A DNA stretch of 64,000 nt from Strigamia acuminata (taxonomy: Eukaryota). The DNA is taken from the NCBI GenBank assembly GCA_949358305.1, contig OX442314.1:19220001-19284000 (forward strand). The letters run 5' to 3'. Shown here one piece after another: positions 12,201-24,800 of this stretch. Under the pieces are notes generated by a model. The model had not been told where the DNA came from. It was given only the letters and a program-made list of their open reading frames with translations, and ran no database searches. The stretch's first letter is position 1, and the number at the start of each line of letters is the position of its first letter. A program made the translations under genes and the position numbers.

Positions 12201-14258
12201 TTGTTCGCGCGCAGAAACAATAGGTTGAGAAAATGGCGGCAACGAATTTGTGTAAATACACAAACGGGTGCAAAATCGTGATATTTCGCGGGTTGATTCG
12301 ACTGTGGAGCCGGAATCGTGGCCAGCTATATAGCTAGGCCGAGGTGGAAAAACGAGGTGTAAACTTCGAGACGAAACGGAAATCCTCCGTTGAAAACTCA
12401 CGAATCCAACTGGCGTAGTTCGCACTGTCGAATCGGTCTTCGGGTCCGCTTCATCTCGGTAAATTACCGTCGGCATTGGCGCAGCAATGGTCTTTGGGCT
12501 TCGTCGGGGGCGGCGGGCGTTTACTCCGCAGCCTTTCTTTGAGGAGGTCCGGGAAGGATTCGTCTGACAAGTGAGTAGTTGTTCAGACAAATCAAGTTGA
12601 AACTTGGCCAACTCTTTTATCACCGGTCAAAACAATGCAAATGTAGCAGAGCTGTGACAGCGTGGTGAACGTGGTGAGACGTATACTCAAAACCAACATA
12701 ACTTTGACCTATTTCACTGGTGTAGTGGCACAAAAAAGTAGCCCAAAACACCAGAATTGTAATCGAACTCCAGACATTGTGATCGATTACCAACATTGTC
12801 AAAGGTGATGCTTTGACACAGAACTACTTTTCCACGTAGTATAACACAGTACACAGTTAGGCGAAAACCAGCTGAAATAGGTCAAAGTTATGTTGGTTTT
12901 GAGTATAGGCAAAGAGTGAGTAATAATCCTAATAAACAAATTTATTACTTAAAATTTGGCCGGAAAATCGGCCAAGTGCGCATGCGTGGCGTGCACCTGG
13001 CACACTTCATGCCTAGCTACGGTGCAAATTAGGAGCTAGCCATAGCAACCCCCCAATTTGGCAGTTTGGTTTCCATGGCAGTCGTAACCTTCTGTCTAAC
13101 AGCCGAAAGCATTTGGCATTTGTGCAAATAAAATGAGTATTTTATTCGCACAAACAAGAAAATTCACGTTATTATTTTATCAAACAATTCATTAAATTCA
13201 TCAAAATAAATTGATTCCTCAAATTACCCATTTTTTTTAGCATTTCCAAATAATTAGCAGGGACAGGAAAATGATTTTGTCACGGGCACGTCTACCCGCC
13301 TATTTTTAATTTAGAATAACCCAATCTTATTTCTTATAATATTTTCTTGTTTCTCTCACTTGTGATGATTCATCTCTATTGCTCATCTTCATTTAATGAA
13401 TGCGCAATCTGGATGATGCGCATATCATTATTTTTACAATCGAACTCTTATTTTCACCTTTCCACCCCCTTTTCTTAATTGATCTGACCAGTCACATGAC
13501 TGAGTTTTCCTCTTTCCAATCATCCTAAGTTTAATCACTTCTTCTTATGCTCTCTATCGGATAACACCCATTTCCCTTAGTAACATTTAGATTTAGTCTG
13601 CTATTATTTGCGCCTTCAACAAGCGCTCCTACATCTAACCCTATTGCGCTATTTTCAATGCCGCCATCTTTTATATTATCACTGCCCGATGATATCCCCT
13701 TTCCACTTTAGGTTAATATCACCGTGCTTCCATTCTTTTACGACTACAAACATCCGCCGTAAGCAAGGAACTGTCCAATATAAATTATGTTAGTCAAACG
13801 CGAGTATTAGGTTTCCTGAGTTTCTGGATGTCCTCATTTGAAGGAAACAAGGTTTAGGGAAATCTACGAACTTTGCCCATTACTATTGCGCGAATTAGTT
13901 TTTGCGCGATATTGTTAGGAATTAATTATACCAACAGAATTAATCGTGACAATTTATTATACGATTGTTTAGATTAAACAAGTTAAATCATTATTTCATT
14001 TTACTCAAATTTTCACAAATAAATAGGGACATTTAGAATCACAACAAGTATTAAATTATATATTTTAATTTAACATAGTACAATTTTGTTTCAACACCTG
14101 GCCAAGATTGCGTTACGATGCAGGGATATTTAGATTGCTCAATGAAGTGTCTTAGCCGTGTTTATGATTTGTTCACAACTAAAAAAATATTTATTTGCAA
14201 GTATGTTATATTTTACATGTTACAAAAATTATCTGATTCCTTATCCGAAACCATTGTA

Positions 14259-16144
14259 CAATAAATTCTCTGATGCATCAGTCTCTATCATGATGCAGAG
14301 CAAGGGGTTTAGATAAATGTAATGATGTAAAATTCAATGCCGGTGTTATTATTACAACACATTATAATTGACAGAGACACAAAACTACAAAACTGTAGTT
14401 ACCGGTATGTTGCTAAAAGAACGAATGTGGCATGCAAGGTGAGTTAGAAGTAAGAACTGATTTATTCAGATAATAGGAGTGGGGGGTATACTGTAAAGTC
14501 CTATGGACGTTTAATGCAGTCCTAACGTTCACGTGTTAAGCCTGGTTCACACTTGCGGATATGTTGCGGAATTGTTGCATCCGCGGTTTGCTACAATGAG
14601 CTGTGATTGGCTGCGGAAAAAAAATTGCGCGGAAAACTAGAAAATATTTCTAGTTTTCCGCGCGATTTTTTTCCGCAGCCAATCACAGCCCATTTGCAGC
14701 AAACCCCGGATGCAACGTATCCGCGGCGTATCCGCAAGTGTGAACCAGGCTTAACGGACGTTACGGTCTGGCGGGAATGTTTGTCATTTTAACAAAAACA
14801 AATAACATACCGGTATGTTGCAACACATGAACGTAATTTGAATGCAATGCAAATAGCTACAGTGACGAAACATGTTCCATTTGATCAGTGCTGTACTGGC
14901 CTGACGGGATACCGGAAATTTCCCGGTGGGCCCGTGACCACAGATTAGGGGAAAACACAGATGCAACACTTGCTTCAAAATCCTTTGTTCAGCGCATGCT
15001 GTGAAGGTCAAGTTGCACAGCAGCGCGCCAAGCGCTAATCACGGTACTGCGCACAGAATAACATTGCCGTATGTGAGAATTGTTTGATTTTTTTACATGA
15101 CAACATGTAATCTTTAATCATTGAAAATTGAATAATAAAATTTTACATTTTATTAATTGAAAATGGAAAAATGTAAGCACTACTGCATTCAAACAGTACT
15201 GTTCAATGTTTTTGATTTAAATTAAATATACTGTATATTAATCATTATTATTAGTTGTGGGCAGTGTTGTTTAATAAACGTTTCTGGTGTAGTTTTCTCC
15301 ACTCTTTCTGTTGGTGTATAGTTTTAGACGATCTGAGCCTTCGTTCTTGAGATATTTGCGTTAAAACATAGCGAGTTGGGACAGAAATTGATGAAATATG
15401 CAAATATCTCAAGAACAAAAGCTTGGACCGTCTAAATCTATACACCAACAGAAAGAGCGGAAAAAACTACACCAGAAACGTTTATTAAACAACACTGCCC
15501 ACAACTAATAATAATGTTTAATATATACGGTATTTAATTTAAATTAAAAGCATTGAACAGTACTGTTTGAATGCAGTAGTGCTTATATTTTTCAATTTTC
15601 AATTAATAAAATGTAAAATTCTATTATTCAATTTTCAATGATTAAAGATTACCTGTTGTCATGTAAAAAAATCAAACAATTCCCATTGCTTTTTGACTAA
15701 AAGCCAAATAAATCCAACAATTCTCATGTATGGCAATGTTATTCTACGCGCAGTACCGTTATTACCGCTGCGACGCTGCGAGCGCACAGCTCAAGGACGT
15801 ATCAACGTTGATTTCCTGAAGTGTCGCATCTGTGTTTTCCTCTAATCTGTGCCCGTGACGTTGTGAAATGTTTTCATTTCACATGGTACCGAAATATTAT
15901 TGCTTTATTTCAGTTGTGAGCAATAAGCTGGACAACCGCCATGTTTAATGCATGCGCAGGTGTGACGCGCAGTTTGAATTTGACATCAAGATGTCGGGTG
16001 CTAACTATAGTTTTGTCTATGGCCGGGATTGTCCAAGATTTTGAACTTTAAGTCACAATTTAACAAACATGGCAACCCGACCATGTTTCTGCGCAGGTAA
16101 AAATTGCTTTTTGAAAATATATACATACATCAGAGAATTTATTG
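14259..16144. mobile_element. TA-flanked TIR element containing nested inverted repeats (intron 5 of copy B)
   Basis: Ends read TA|caataaattctctgatg and catcagagaatttattg|TA. An internal imperfect palindrome spans ~14937-15852. Confidence 0.6.
14540..14750. mobile_element. Palindromic MITE flanked by TTAA
   Basis: ttaa-gcctggttcacacttgcggata ... tatccgcaagtgtgaaccaggc-ttaa; forms a hairpin over its full length. Confidence 0.75.
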
Positions 16145-16333
16145 TATTTGGGAGTTATCTGAGAAAATAGAATCAAGTTTTTTTAGGTATTTAATTAGAT
16201 ACTTTTATTTTATCTCATAGATATCCATTTAATGACGAACTAAATTTACCTTATTGCAATACACTGTATGACTATCTGACTCATACGATAGTTGCATTAC
16301 GATTCGATCCAATCTTAGAATGTTCTTGCACTA

Positions 16334-17664
16334 CTAGTCAAATCCATATATCCTCATACTCCTGTGAAAGTGATAGAAATAAAATATTTGGATTGACCTC
16401 AAATTAAATCTAGTTTGAATTAAACCTTGAAATTTTAAGCAGTTATATAGATACATCTGAAGAAAGTATAAGCAAAATCTCATGTCAATCGGACTTGAAT
16501 TAATAAAACTAGAAGCATATTTCAAAGTAACATTTGATTCATAAATCCTCATACCAGCTTGCACATGGTACAAAAATCTTCATACTCTGTATTTTAAGGT
16601 AAGAATATTTACATTCACAAAATAGTTTTGTATAAATATGATTTTGCTAGTAGGAATAGCATAAAATATTTCAATTATAGATCATTTGTCAGTAAAATGG
16701 CACCAGGAAAAAGAGATTACAGCACTAAAATATGAGTGGAATAGCAAAGTTGCACATTGATCAGAACTAAATGGCATTTGTGCCCTGGTAACATGTGCTA
16801 GGCTAGTAGCAGGTAAAATGTCAGATACAATAGAGCTTTCAGGCACATCTTGTACTATTTTTATGTGTCTTACAATTACACAGCAATCAGAGCACCACGA
16901 GCAGAGAATTCACCATTTGATCATCATATGAAAAACAATGTTCTAGATGTGTTAATGTACTTTGTCTCATTTTTGCATGAAAATAACTCAATTTAGATGT
17001 AGGAGAAGCAATTGGCATGACTGGAAGTTGATGATGATGTGCAAACAGGTGAAAAATTGAGTGGCGGTTCTGTGGCACATGTGGGTGGAATTTTCAGGCC
17101 TTGATAAACCAGATATCAGGTTTTTTCGGTGGTCATATGAACTCGCTAACCAGTAGCAGTATGATAAAAGATGAAATCAAGAACATACTGCTGTTCTTAA
17201 AGGGAATACTATAAGTTTTAAAAGGAAAATATCCTGGTCAATGTGCAACTTGTTCAATACAGTCAGGTTTCAGCGCTCACAACAGCCTTTCCTGGAGATA
17301 TTTTACTGACAAATTATCTATAATTAAAAGGTTTTATGCTATTCTTACTCGCAAGATCATATTTACATAAAGCTATTTTGTGAATGTAAATATTCTTACA
17401 TTAAAATATAGAGTATGAAGATTTTAGTACCATGTGCAAGCTGGTATGAGGATATATGAATAAAATGTTATTTTGAAATATGCTTCCATTTTTTTTATTT
17501 CAAGCCAGATTGCCATGAAATTTTGTTCATACTTTCTTTAGATCTACCTATTTAACTGCTTAAAATTTCAAGGTTTAATTACAACTAGATTTAATTTGAG
17601 GTCAATCCAAATATTTTACTTCTATCACTTTCACAGCAGTATGAGGATATATGGATTTGACTAG
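16334..17664. mobile_element. Non-autonomous Tc1/mariner-like TIR element inserted in a coding exon
   Basis: TA target duplication (16332-16333 and 17665-17666). Imperfect TIRs of ~400 bp start ctagtcaaatccatatatcctcatac and end gtatgaggatatatggatttgactag. Confidence 0.85.
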
Positions 17665-20297
17665 TAGACATTGCAATGACTATGTATTTGATTTGAGCAT
17701 GTATTATTATTACAACAAAAATTCTGAAACTAATATTAGAATTATTAAAGATGAATACATGACATCATTTAATGAGATATACGATTACGATGGCTTTACA
17801 CTGTTGGGTGATGTTGGTGGAAACATCGGATTTTTATTGGGATTATCAATTCTCTCTCTGTGTGAAATACTGAATTGCATATTTGTTTGGATTAGAGCAA
17901 AAAGAACTGATAAAATTACTTTCATGAAGTCCTCTATGTCAAAAAAAATTTGGGCCATACTACGAAAAGAAATGATTAAAAAGAAAATTACTCAAAATCC
18001 TGCATCAACACCACTTACAAGGTTACTGAAACTTAATAAGTCAAAAACTCTAAATTATTTGATGGTTGGCGTCTATTTAATACTTGCAATCCTTTGCACA
18101 TATTTTACATGGGACAGAATGTGTTTTTACATGAACTATCCTACTAAAACTGTAGTTATAGTAGATAAAGATAAGATGATTACATTTCCATCTATCACAA
18201 TATGTGCAGCAAATAATTATGTTGAGCACCTAAGAAAATTATACGTTGACAAGACTGGCAATAAAACTTGTATGACATTAGATAATTATGTGGATATATC
18301 TGGATTGTCAGTGGATGATATGTGGAAAAATTCTACAACAAGTGATGTAGTTATGAATCAACTAAGAAATGGAAGTTATTTTGTGTCTTATGTAAATGTA
18401 ATATTAAATGCATTTATTTTTTGTTAGTTTAATGTATTTATTTGCAGGATTTTTTTTATCTGGCAAACTACGATAAAATTGTGAATGTAATCTATTCTAA
18501 TATTTCAACAATATACGGAGAATGTGTACATTATGAAATCGGTGGGTGAAAATATATAATAGAAATTTACAAGTTGAATTATTTATGTTCTAAACTTTAG
18601 GTAAACAATATATGTTTGGAACCACAACAGTTTTTTCAAAAACAATAATTAATCCTGCTCCTTTTTCTTCTTGCGAACCTTCTGTAACATATGTAGGTAC
18701 AATGTTTTAGCTATCACTTTTAAGAATCAGTTTTTGGCAAAAAATATATTTTGATTGATTTTTGCTTCTTTCTTAAAATCTGTTCGCATTAACATAACGC
18801 TTTTATAATGTCATTGTACTAAACGAACGATTCTCTATAACTTTAGTCTTGCTTTGCTAATTAAAAAGTTATCCTAGAACTTAAAAAAACATTTTTATGA
18901 CCTGGATTATTTGTTATTTGATGGAGATAGTGTTACTTCAAACATGTTTCGTCTTTGTTCCTAAAATAGATTTTTCTATCACCTGAAAATTATCCGATAG
19001 AATTGGGATTGCTAAATAGAATAGAAGTACCAGTGAGACGAGTGTCAATTATATCATTAAAATACAGAAAGGTAAATAGTGTATTCCTCCAAATAATATA
19101 AAGTAAATAACTTACCATATTCTAATTTTAGCTCTACAGATTGAACACTCCGAATTATAAATGCCACGAGAGAGAAATTGCTGTTAATTGTTTTACTGCA
19201 TGTCGTGAGAAATTGCTAACTAAAAAAATACCTTGCAGGAAAGTTACTTTTTCCCGCTTTATCTACTGTTATAACTTATTTTTGAAATCTAATTTAATCT
19301 TATTATTCTTACAGATTGCCCTTCATGCCTAAAAGTAATAAAATTGTACCCTGTATAAATACAACTTCTGCAACTACTGCAAAAAGAATGTACGACGAAA
19401 TCTATTTAAAGAAATTGTCAGAGAAAGAATGCAATTGCGTATTGCCTTGTATTGAAGATGTTTACGAATACCACGACTTCAGTGAGCCTCGACAGGAAAA
19501 GCACACTTTTATCAAAATATTTTTTGCTTCAACTCTCTTTGAAATCTTACATGAGAAATACTGCTATGAGATAATTAAATGCATCTGCGACATCGGTTCC
19601 ATTCTCTCAGTTGGTCTCGGCTTTTCTGTTTTAGTGTTTTTTGAAACACTGCAATATATTATCCAGCGTCTAGCATTGCTTAAAGCGGTTGCCGTTTGAT
19701 CAAGTTACCTATAAATGAGACTACCGTATTGTATTATTAATATGCATTTTATATTATTCCGCGCAGATGCCATTCAGAATCACAATAATATGTCTAAAAG
19801 CAATTAAATCAACTAGAACTTCAAGTATAATCCCTAGTAAACTCAACTAATCTCTCAGAAACTGCTAGGTAGATGGAAATTTCCAATCAGAATTTAGAAC
19901 ATTGATTGTTTAGACAAGCATTAAAATTTTAACTTTATTATCTTTATTAGTTCAGGGCCAAATCACTTTTATGAGCGCACAATTTATGATAATAATTATA
20001 CAATTCTGTATTTGCACATCACATTTGTTAGTTGAAATAAAATGACGAGTTGTAGTAAATACAATAAAATGCATTGTGGAATTCAAACATTTTAGTAGAA
20101 ATTCAGTCACCCACTCAACACTTGAAAAAAAATTTTTTTTTTTTATTATTATTATTTGGAATTTATTTGTTAAATACCAAAGCTTCAAATTGGCGCCGGG
20201 GACCGTTTAAAAGCCGGGGTCCCAAAAATCAACGATTTGTTCTTTGACATGTTTTAAACATCTCAAAGAACGAATACCAGTAGCTTGCCTTTTTCGA

Positions 20298-20569
20298 AGT
20301 GGCTACGTTCATGTCCGACGTGAACGTATTATTTTCATGACGCGCTGTGATTGGTTGAGAGATACATTGAAATACATTGATGAAAATCCTCATTTTGTCA
20401 ACTTTGCTAAACACAGATAAGATAGGTTAAGAAAAAAAGAAGCTAGAACCTCGAAAACATTGAATTTGAGAAAAATACGTTGAGGAAACGAACCGACATG
20501 AATAGATCTCAGCCAATCACAGCGCGTCATGAAAATAATACGTTCATGTCGGACATGAACGTAGCCACT
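20298..20569. repeat. Inverted repeat pair (~60 bp arms), probable MITE remnant
   Basis: agtggctacgttcatgtccgac...gcgctgtgattgg is matched by its reverse complement at ~20510-20569. Confidence 0.55.
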
Positions 20570-21811
20570 GCCTTAATTTTTATACAGGATGTTTTGTTAC
20601 GAGTTTGATTTGTTTTCTGAAAATTCTTCGTCTTCTGAGCACATCCCAGACCCTGTCAAAACATTTTTAAATTGGAAAACGGTAATTTTTATGACCTTAA
20701 CATATACTTTTGATTGTCAATTTTCTGTTGTTAAAAAACGCATAAAAATATAATGAATGGGTTTAGTAACTTAGTGTTAAGTTTCATCGCGTGATGTTGT
20801 TGTCTGTATTAAAGGTATACACTAAAAGTCAACCCTTCAGACAGCAATAATCAATTACATTTGGAATTTTAATCAACATAAAATAAATGAGCACTTATAA
20901 CAACTCAATCATGCACGAGTAGTGCTCGTGGTGTGTTAATTTTTTATCAAATGCGCCTAATGTCTTGCTTCCTTTTTGAGTAATAATTAACCATGCATTT
21001 AAAAAGTTATGCGCTACTTGAAACATAACTTTTTAAAAAAAAGTTTTAGATGTTTTTGTTTTATAATGTTAAAAATTACAAAAAAAAGTAGAAACACTTA
21101 TAACACAGCTTTTGAATACAGCTAGGTACTAATAAATTTTCACCCAAAAAATGACTGAAGATGTACAATTGTTTGATATAAAAATAGAATTTTGCATTTC
21201 TTTATTTTTTTATTATAGATTTTAATGCTCATTTATTGCTTTCCCCAACAGTTTAACTGCTTTGGGATGATTTATTAGACGCCTAAGTACACAATTACCA
21301 GTTAGCACACCAATCGACTGTCACTGTATTATTTTATATATACTTGCCGCCCTGTCATTTTACCGGTGTGAGCAGCGATTATAGAACGCACGCAAGTGCA
21401 CCACCAAGGTACGAATATGCCTCAGCTGTCACAAGGGCAAAGACCGGACACCAGTAACCGTAAGTTGTATTTAATCAGTTCAATGCTATATAAGCTATGT
21501 TTAAACGATCTTAAATCAATTGGTTATGGTTTTGTATGACGGGCTTTCAGAAAATATATTCAAGTCCCAATCGGTGCACTTGGCCTTTAACTTTGAATGT
21601 TGGACAACTATCCAAATGATTGTCATGGCAACAAATGGATTCGCTCGGCAATACTCATAAAAGTACTCACGTAGCTTGTCAGCAAAAAGTCATTAAACTG
21701 TAAAATAATTAACTTTTGTGAATTTTTATCTTTTTATTAGTTACCGTTAGCCGCTATTGTGACGGTTGCGGCCAATTCAACTTCCTAGCTACTTCCTATT
21801 ATTAACCTAGT

Positions 21812-24800
21812 ATGAGAAACGTTAGAAGAAAACTCTTAGTAAAGGCAATTCGATTGGAATTGGAGTCAAAAGGGCTTCAAATTCCAATTGTGGGATTATC
21901 GTTTGTGCTGAAAAATCAAAAATTAGAGTGGCTAAGAATAATATGGCTCGTTATTTTATTGTCATGCATTATAACTTGCGGTTATCAAGCCTACGATCGT
22001 ATACTGTATTACTGCTCATATCCGATTAGAGTTGACGTTAAGTACAGAAGCGGTGACAATTATCTTCTCCCCTCTGTAACTGTCTGTGCTCAAGATACAC
22101 CATCGTGGATTGAATATATTGATGAGAATCCGGTGGTTGCTAGTGAGATTCAACGGTTTCAAGATCTTTATCCATGTGCCAATCAAATTTTGGTTTTTTA
22201 TAATTTCATTAATAAAACATCAGTTGATGAGATTTGGAAAATGTTCAACACAAGTTCAATTCTTGACGGCTACAATTTAACGAAGGTAAGAATCTATCAT
22301 TCATGTTTTCCCAAAGTAAGTTTAAAAGTCAGCTAACTACATGATATTTGATCGCATTCAGGGCAAAACTAATATGCCAAATATTCAAATAGACTATGTA
22401 AACTTACCATTGGGCAGCTGTGCAAAATTTGCATATGGTTTGTATTGTCCCCCTCCCTCTCAACATACTTTTCTTGAAATTAATTCTACATTTAATTCTT
22501 ATTAGATGATACAAATGATGCAATTGCTGATACATTGGTTTTTAAAATTAAAAAACCCAAAGGTGGTTGTAACAGAACTTCTAGATTAATGGTAGTTGTA
22601 TTCAAATTTGGGTCCCATTTATTGCTCCATTAAATTTCCTTGGATTTCCACTGAAAAAAAACTAATTCTCCCACTTACTGAAATTTCCACTAACGCTCCT
22701 TTTTTGTTCCACCAAATTTATACACTAAAAAAAAACTAAATCTTCCACTAAAATCAAATTAGGGGAGAAAAAACTAATATTACCACTACTACTTATATAT
22801 ATATATATATTTTTTGTGCTGCAGCTGTGCGAACGTTTGGCTAACGTCGAGGACGACCAACCCTTCCCCCGCATGGTCTACGAGCGCCCCAACAGTCGCC
22901 CGCTCCCGCAACCGAGTCCTCGCCAAGGCCCGAGTCCTAGTCCCCAGTTCTAGTCACGTGTCGGGACCTAGTCCCAACTAGACCTCGGGGCCCCTCGCCG
23001 TTGCCATAGTCGTCCATCTCCCGCTCGTAGACAATGCGGGGGAGGGTTGGTCGTACTGCTCAATATACAAGAATAAGTTCCCTCACCCCACTTCTGGTGA
23101 CAAAATTGTACGACGGCGGCCACATCTCGCCGGGCGAAGGCTGGTTCGTCCGGGGCGCATTCGTCGCGTGTCTCCCCGTTCGTCGACTCCCGCCGGTCCT
23201 AGTCACGTGTCGGGACCCAGTCCCAACAAGACCCCGGGGCCCCTCGCCGGCCGCAACATCTTCATGGACGACTTCGACTATGGCCACGCGAATGTCCACG
23301 ACGACACACCACCCTCGTTTGTTGACTCCTGCCGCTCCTCGATGAGCCGGCGGACTCCCCAATTGTTGGAAGCTACGCAAGGCGCTGCAGCAATTGGGGA
23401 GTCTAGCGACCACGCCGTGGATTATCGTGGACATCCGCGTGGCCAATGAAGATGGACCCGATGTGCATGCCGAAGGCGATGTTGCAGCCGGCGAGAGGCC
23501 CCGAGGTCTTTTTGCGATGAGGGAACTTGTTCTTGTCCTATTATTGAGCAGTACCTAAGTAGAACGTGCCTTTGGGCGAGAAAAGGAAGCAAGGTAGACC
23601 ATCGAAAGCCAGGAAGGCCTTCCTTTTGTAATAAAAAAATTTAGTAGAAATAGTGGATGTACTTAGTTTTTTATAGTGGGGAAAGTCAATAGTGGGAAAT
23701 TTAGTTTTTTTTAAGTGTATAAATTTAGTGGAACCAAAAAGGAGCGTTAGTGGAAATTTCAGTAAGTGGGAGAATTAGTTTTTTTTTAGTGGAAATCCAA
23801 GGAATTTTAGTGGAGCAATAATATATACCCTTCAAATTTCGTATACTACAGTAGTAGTGTACGGATGTATTCAAGCATATTTTTATCTCACTGTTTTTAA
23901 TAGCTTACATTTCAAAAAAACCAATTAAAATCAAATCTGAAACAATTTTGGCATATCCCAACAAAGTCGAGAACTGAAGTGACTGTTGGATTGATAGAAG
24001 TAAACATTTTTTTTTGGTTTTAAACTTAATTTCCCTATTTGTAAATGTTGCGCCTAAATTTACTCATTAGTATAACTTCGTGAAAACTTATTTGAAAACG
24101 TGTGTTTCCATCGATGAATATGACAAGTGTGCCAGAGATTGTTTTCTTAAAGAATACGAAACTTGGAAGGAATACTTCACGTGCACGTAAATCTACAGTC
24201 ATACTTCCCATACGTCATAAGAAATATACAGTTGTTCTTTTATTCTTGTTACTGTAGATATCCATTTGATTCAGAATATTTAAATGTAACATCATGCATT
24301 CCCAATAGAGTTTTATACGTGCTACACTCACTCATACCGGTGCGCCTTAATCCAGTTGCTGAATGCAATTGTTCAGAACCATGCCACGAATACGCGTTTG
24401 GTATAGACATCAATTATTTCGATGATCAAAAAGCAGACACTAAAGTTAGAATTAAAAAAGGGACTTTTGTGACTACGTTCGACGAGTTATACAGTTATGA
24501 TATAGTCACACTGCTATGTGATATTGGCGGAAACTTAGGACTTTTGTTGGGCCTTTCAATACTTTCTATCTGCGAAGTAGTACACATATCGCTTAAGATA
24601 TTTTTTATGAAAAGGGAAATGAAAGCAATCAGAACCAAATCCAGCATTATTCGGAAGAAAAAAATTGAAGAAATTTGTAAACAGCAAATGATGAAAAATA
24701 AGGTTCCACCATTCGAAACGCCAATAAGCGAAAAGATATTGAAAAATAAGAAATCCTTCGCCAGTGTATTCTGCATTACAATATATTTGACCTCACTCGC

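Larger units (their letters stand above)
10377..19699 (+). pseudogene. Two-domain DEG/ENaC copy B; exon 6 interrupted by a TIR element (probable pseudogene or disrupted allele)
   Basis: Exons 10377-10868, 10930-11005, 11078-11166, 11221-11316, 14079-14200, 16221-(insert)-18391, further small exons, and 19315-19699 are collinear with copy A. Coding TGC ACT AGA CAT TGC is split at a TA by the 16334-17664 insert. Confidence 0.8.

Noticed and set aside
11655..12623. Cluster of overlapping ORFs in intron 4 of copy B
   Set aside because: This is a GC-richer insert with no convincing domain. A faint resemblance of 12093-12623 to a transposase tail is too weak to call.
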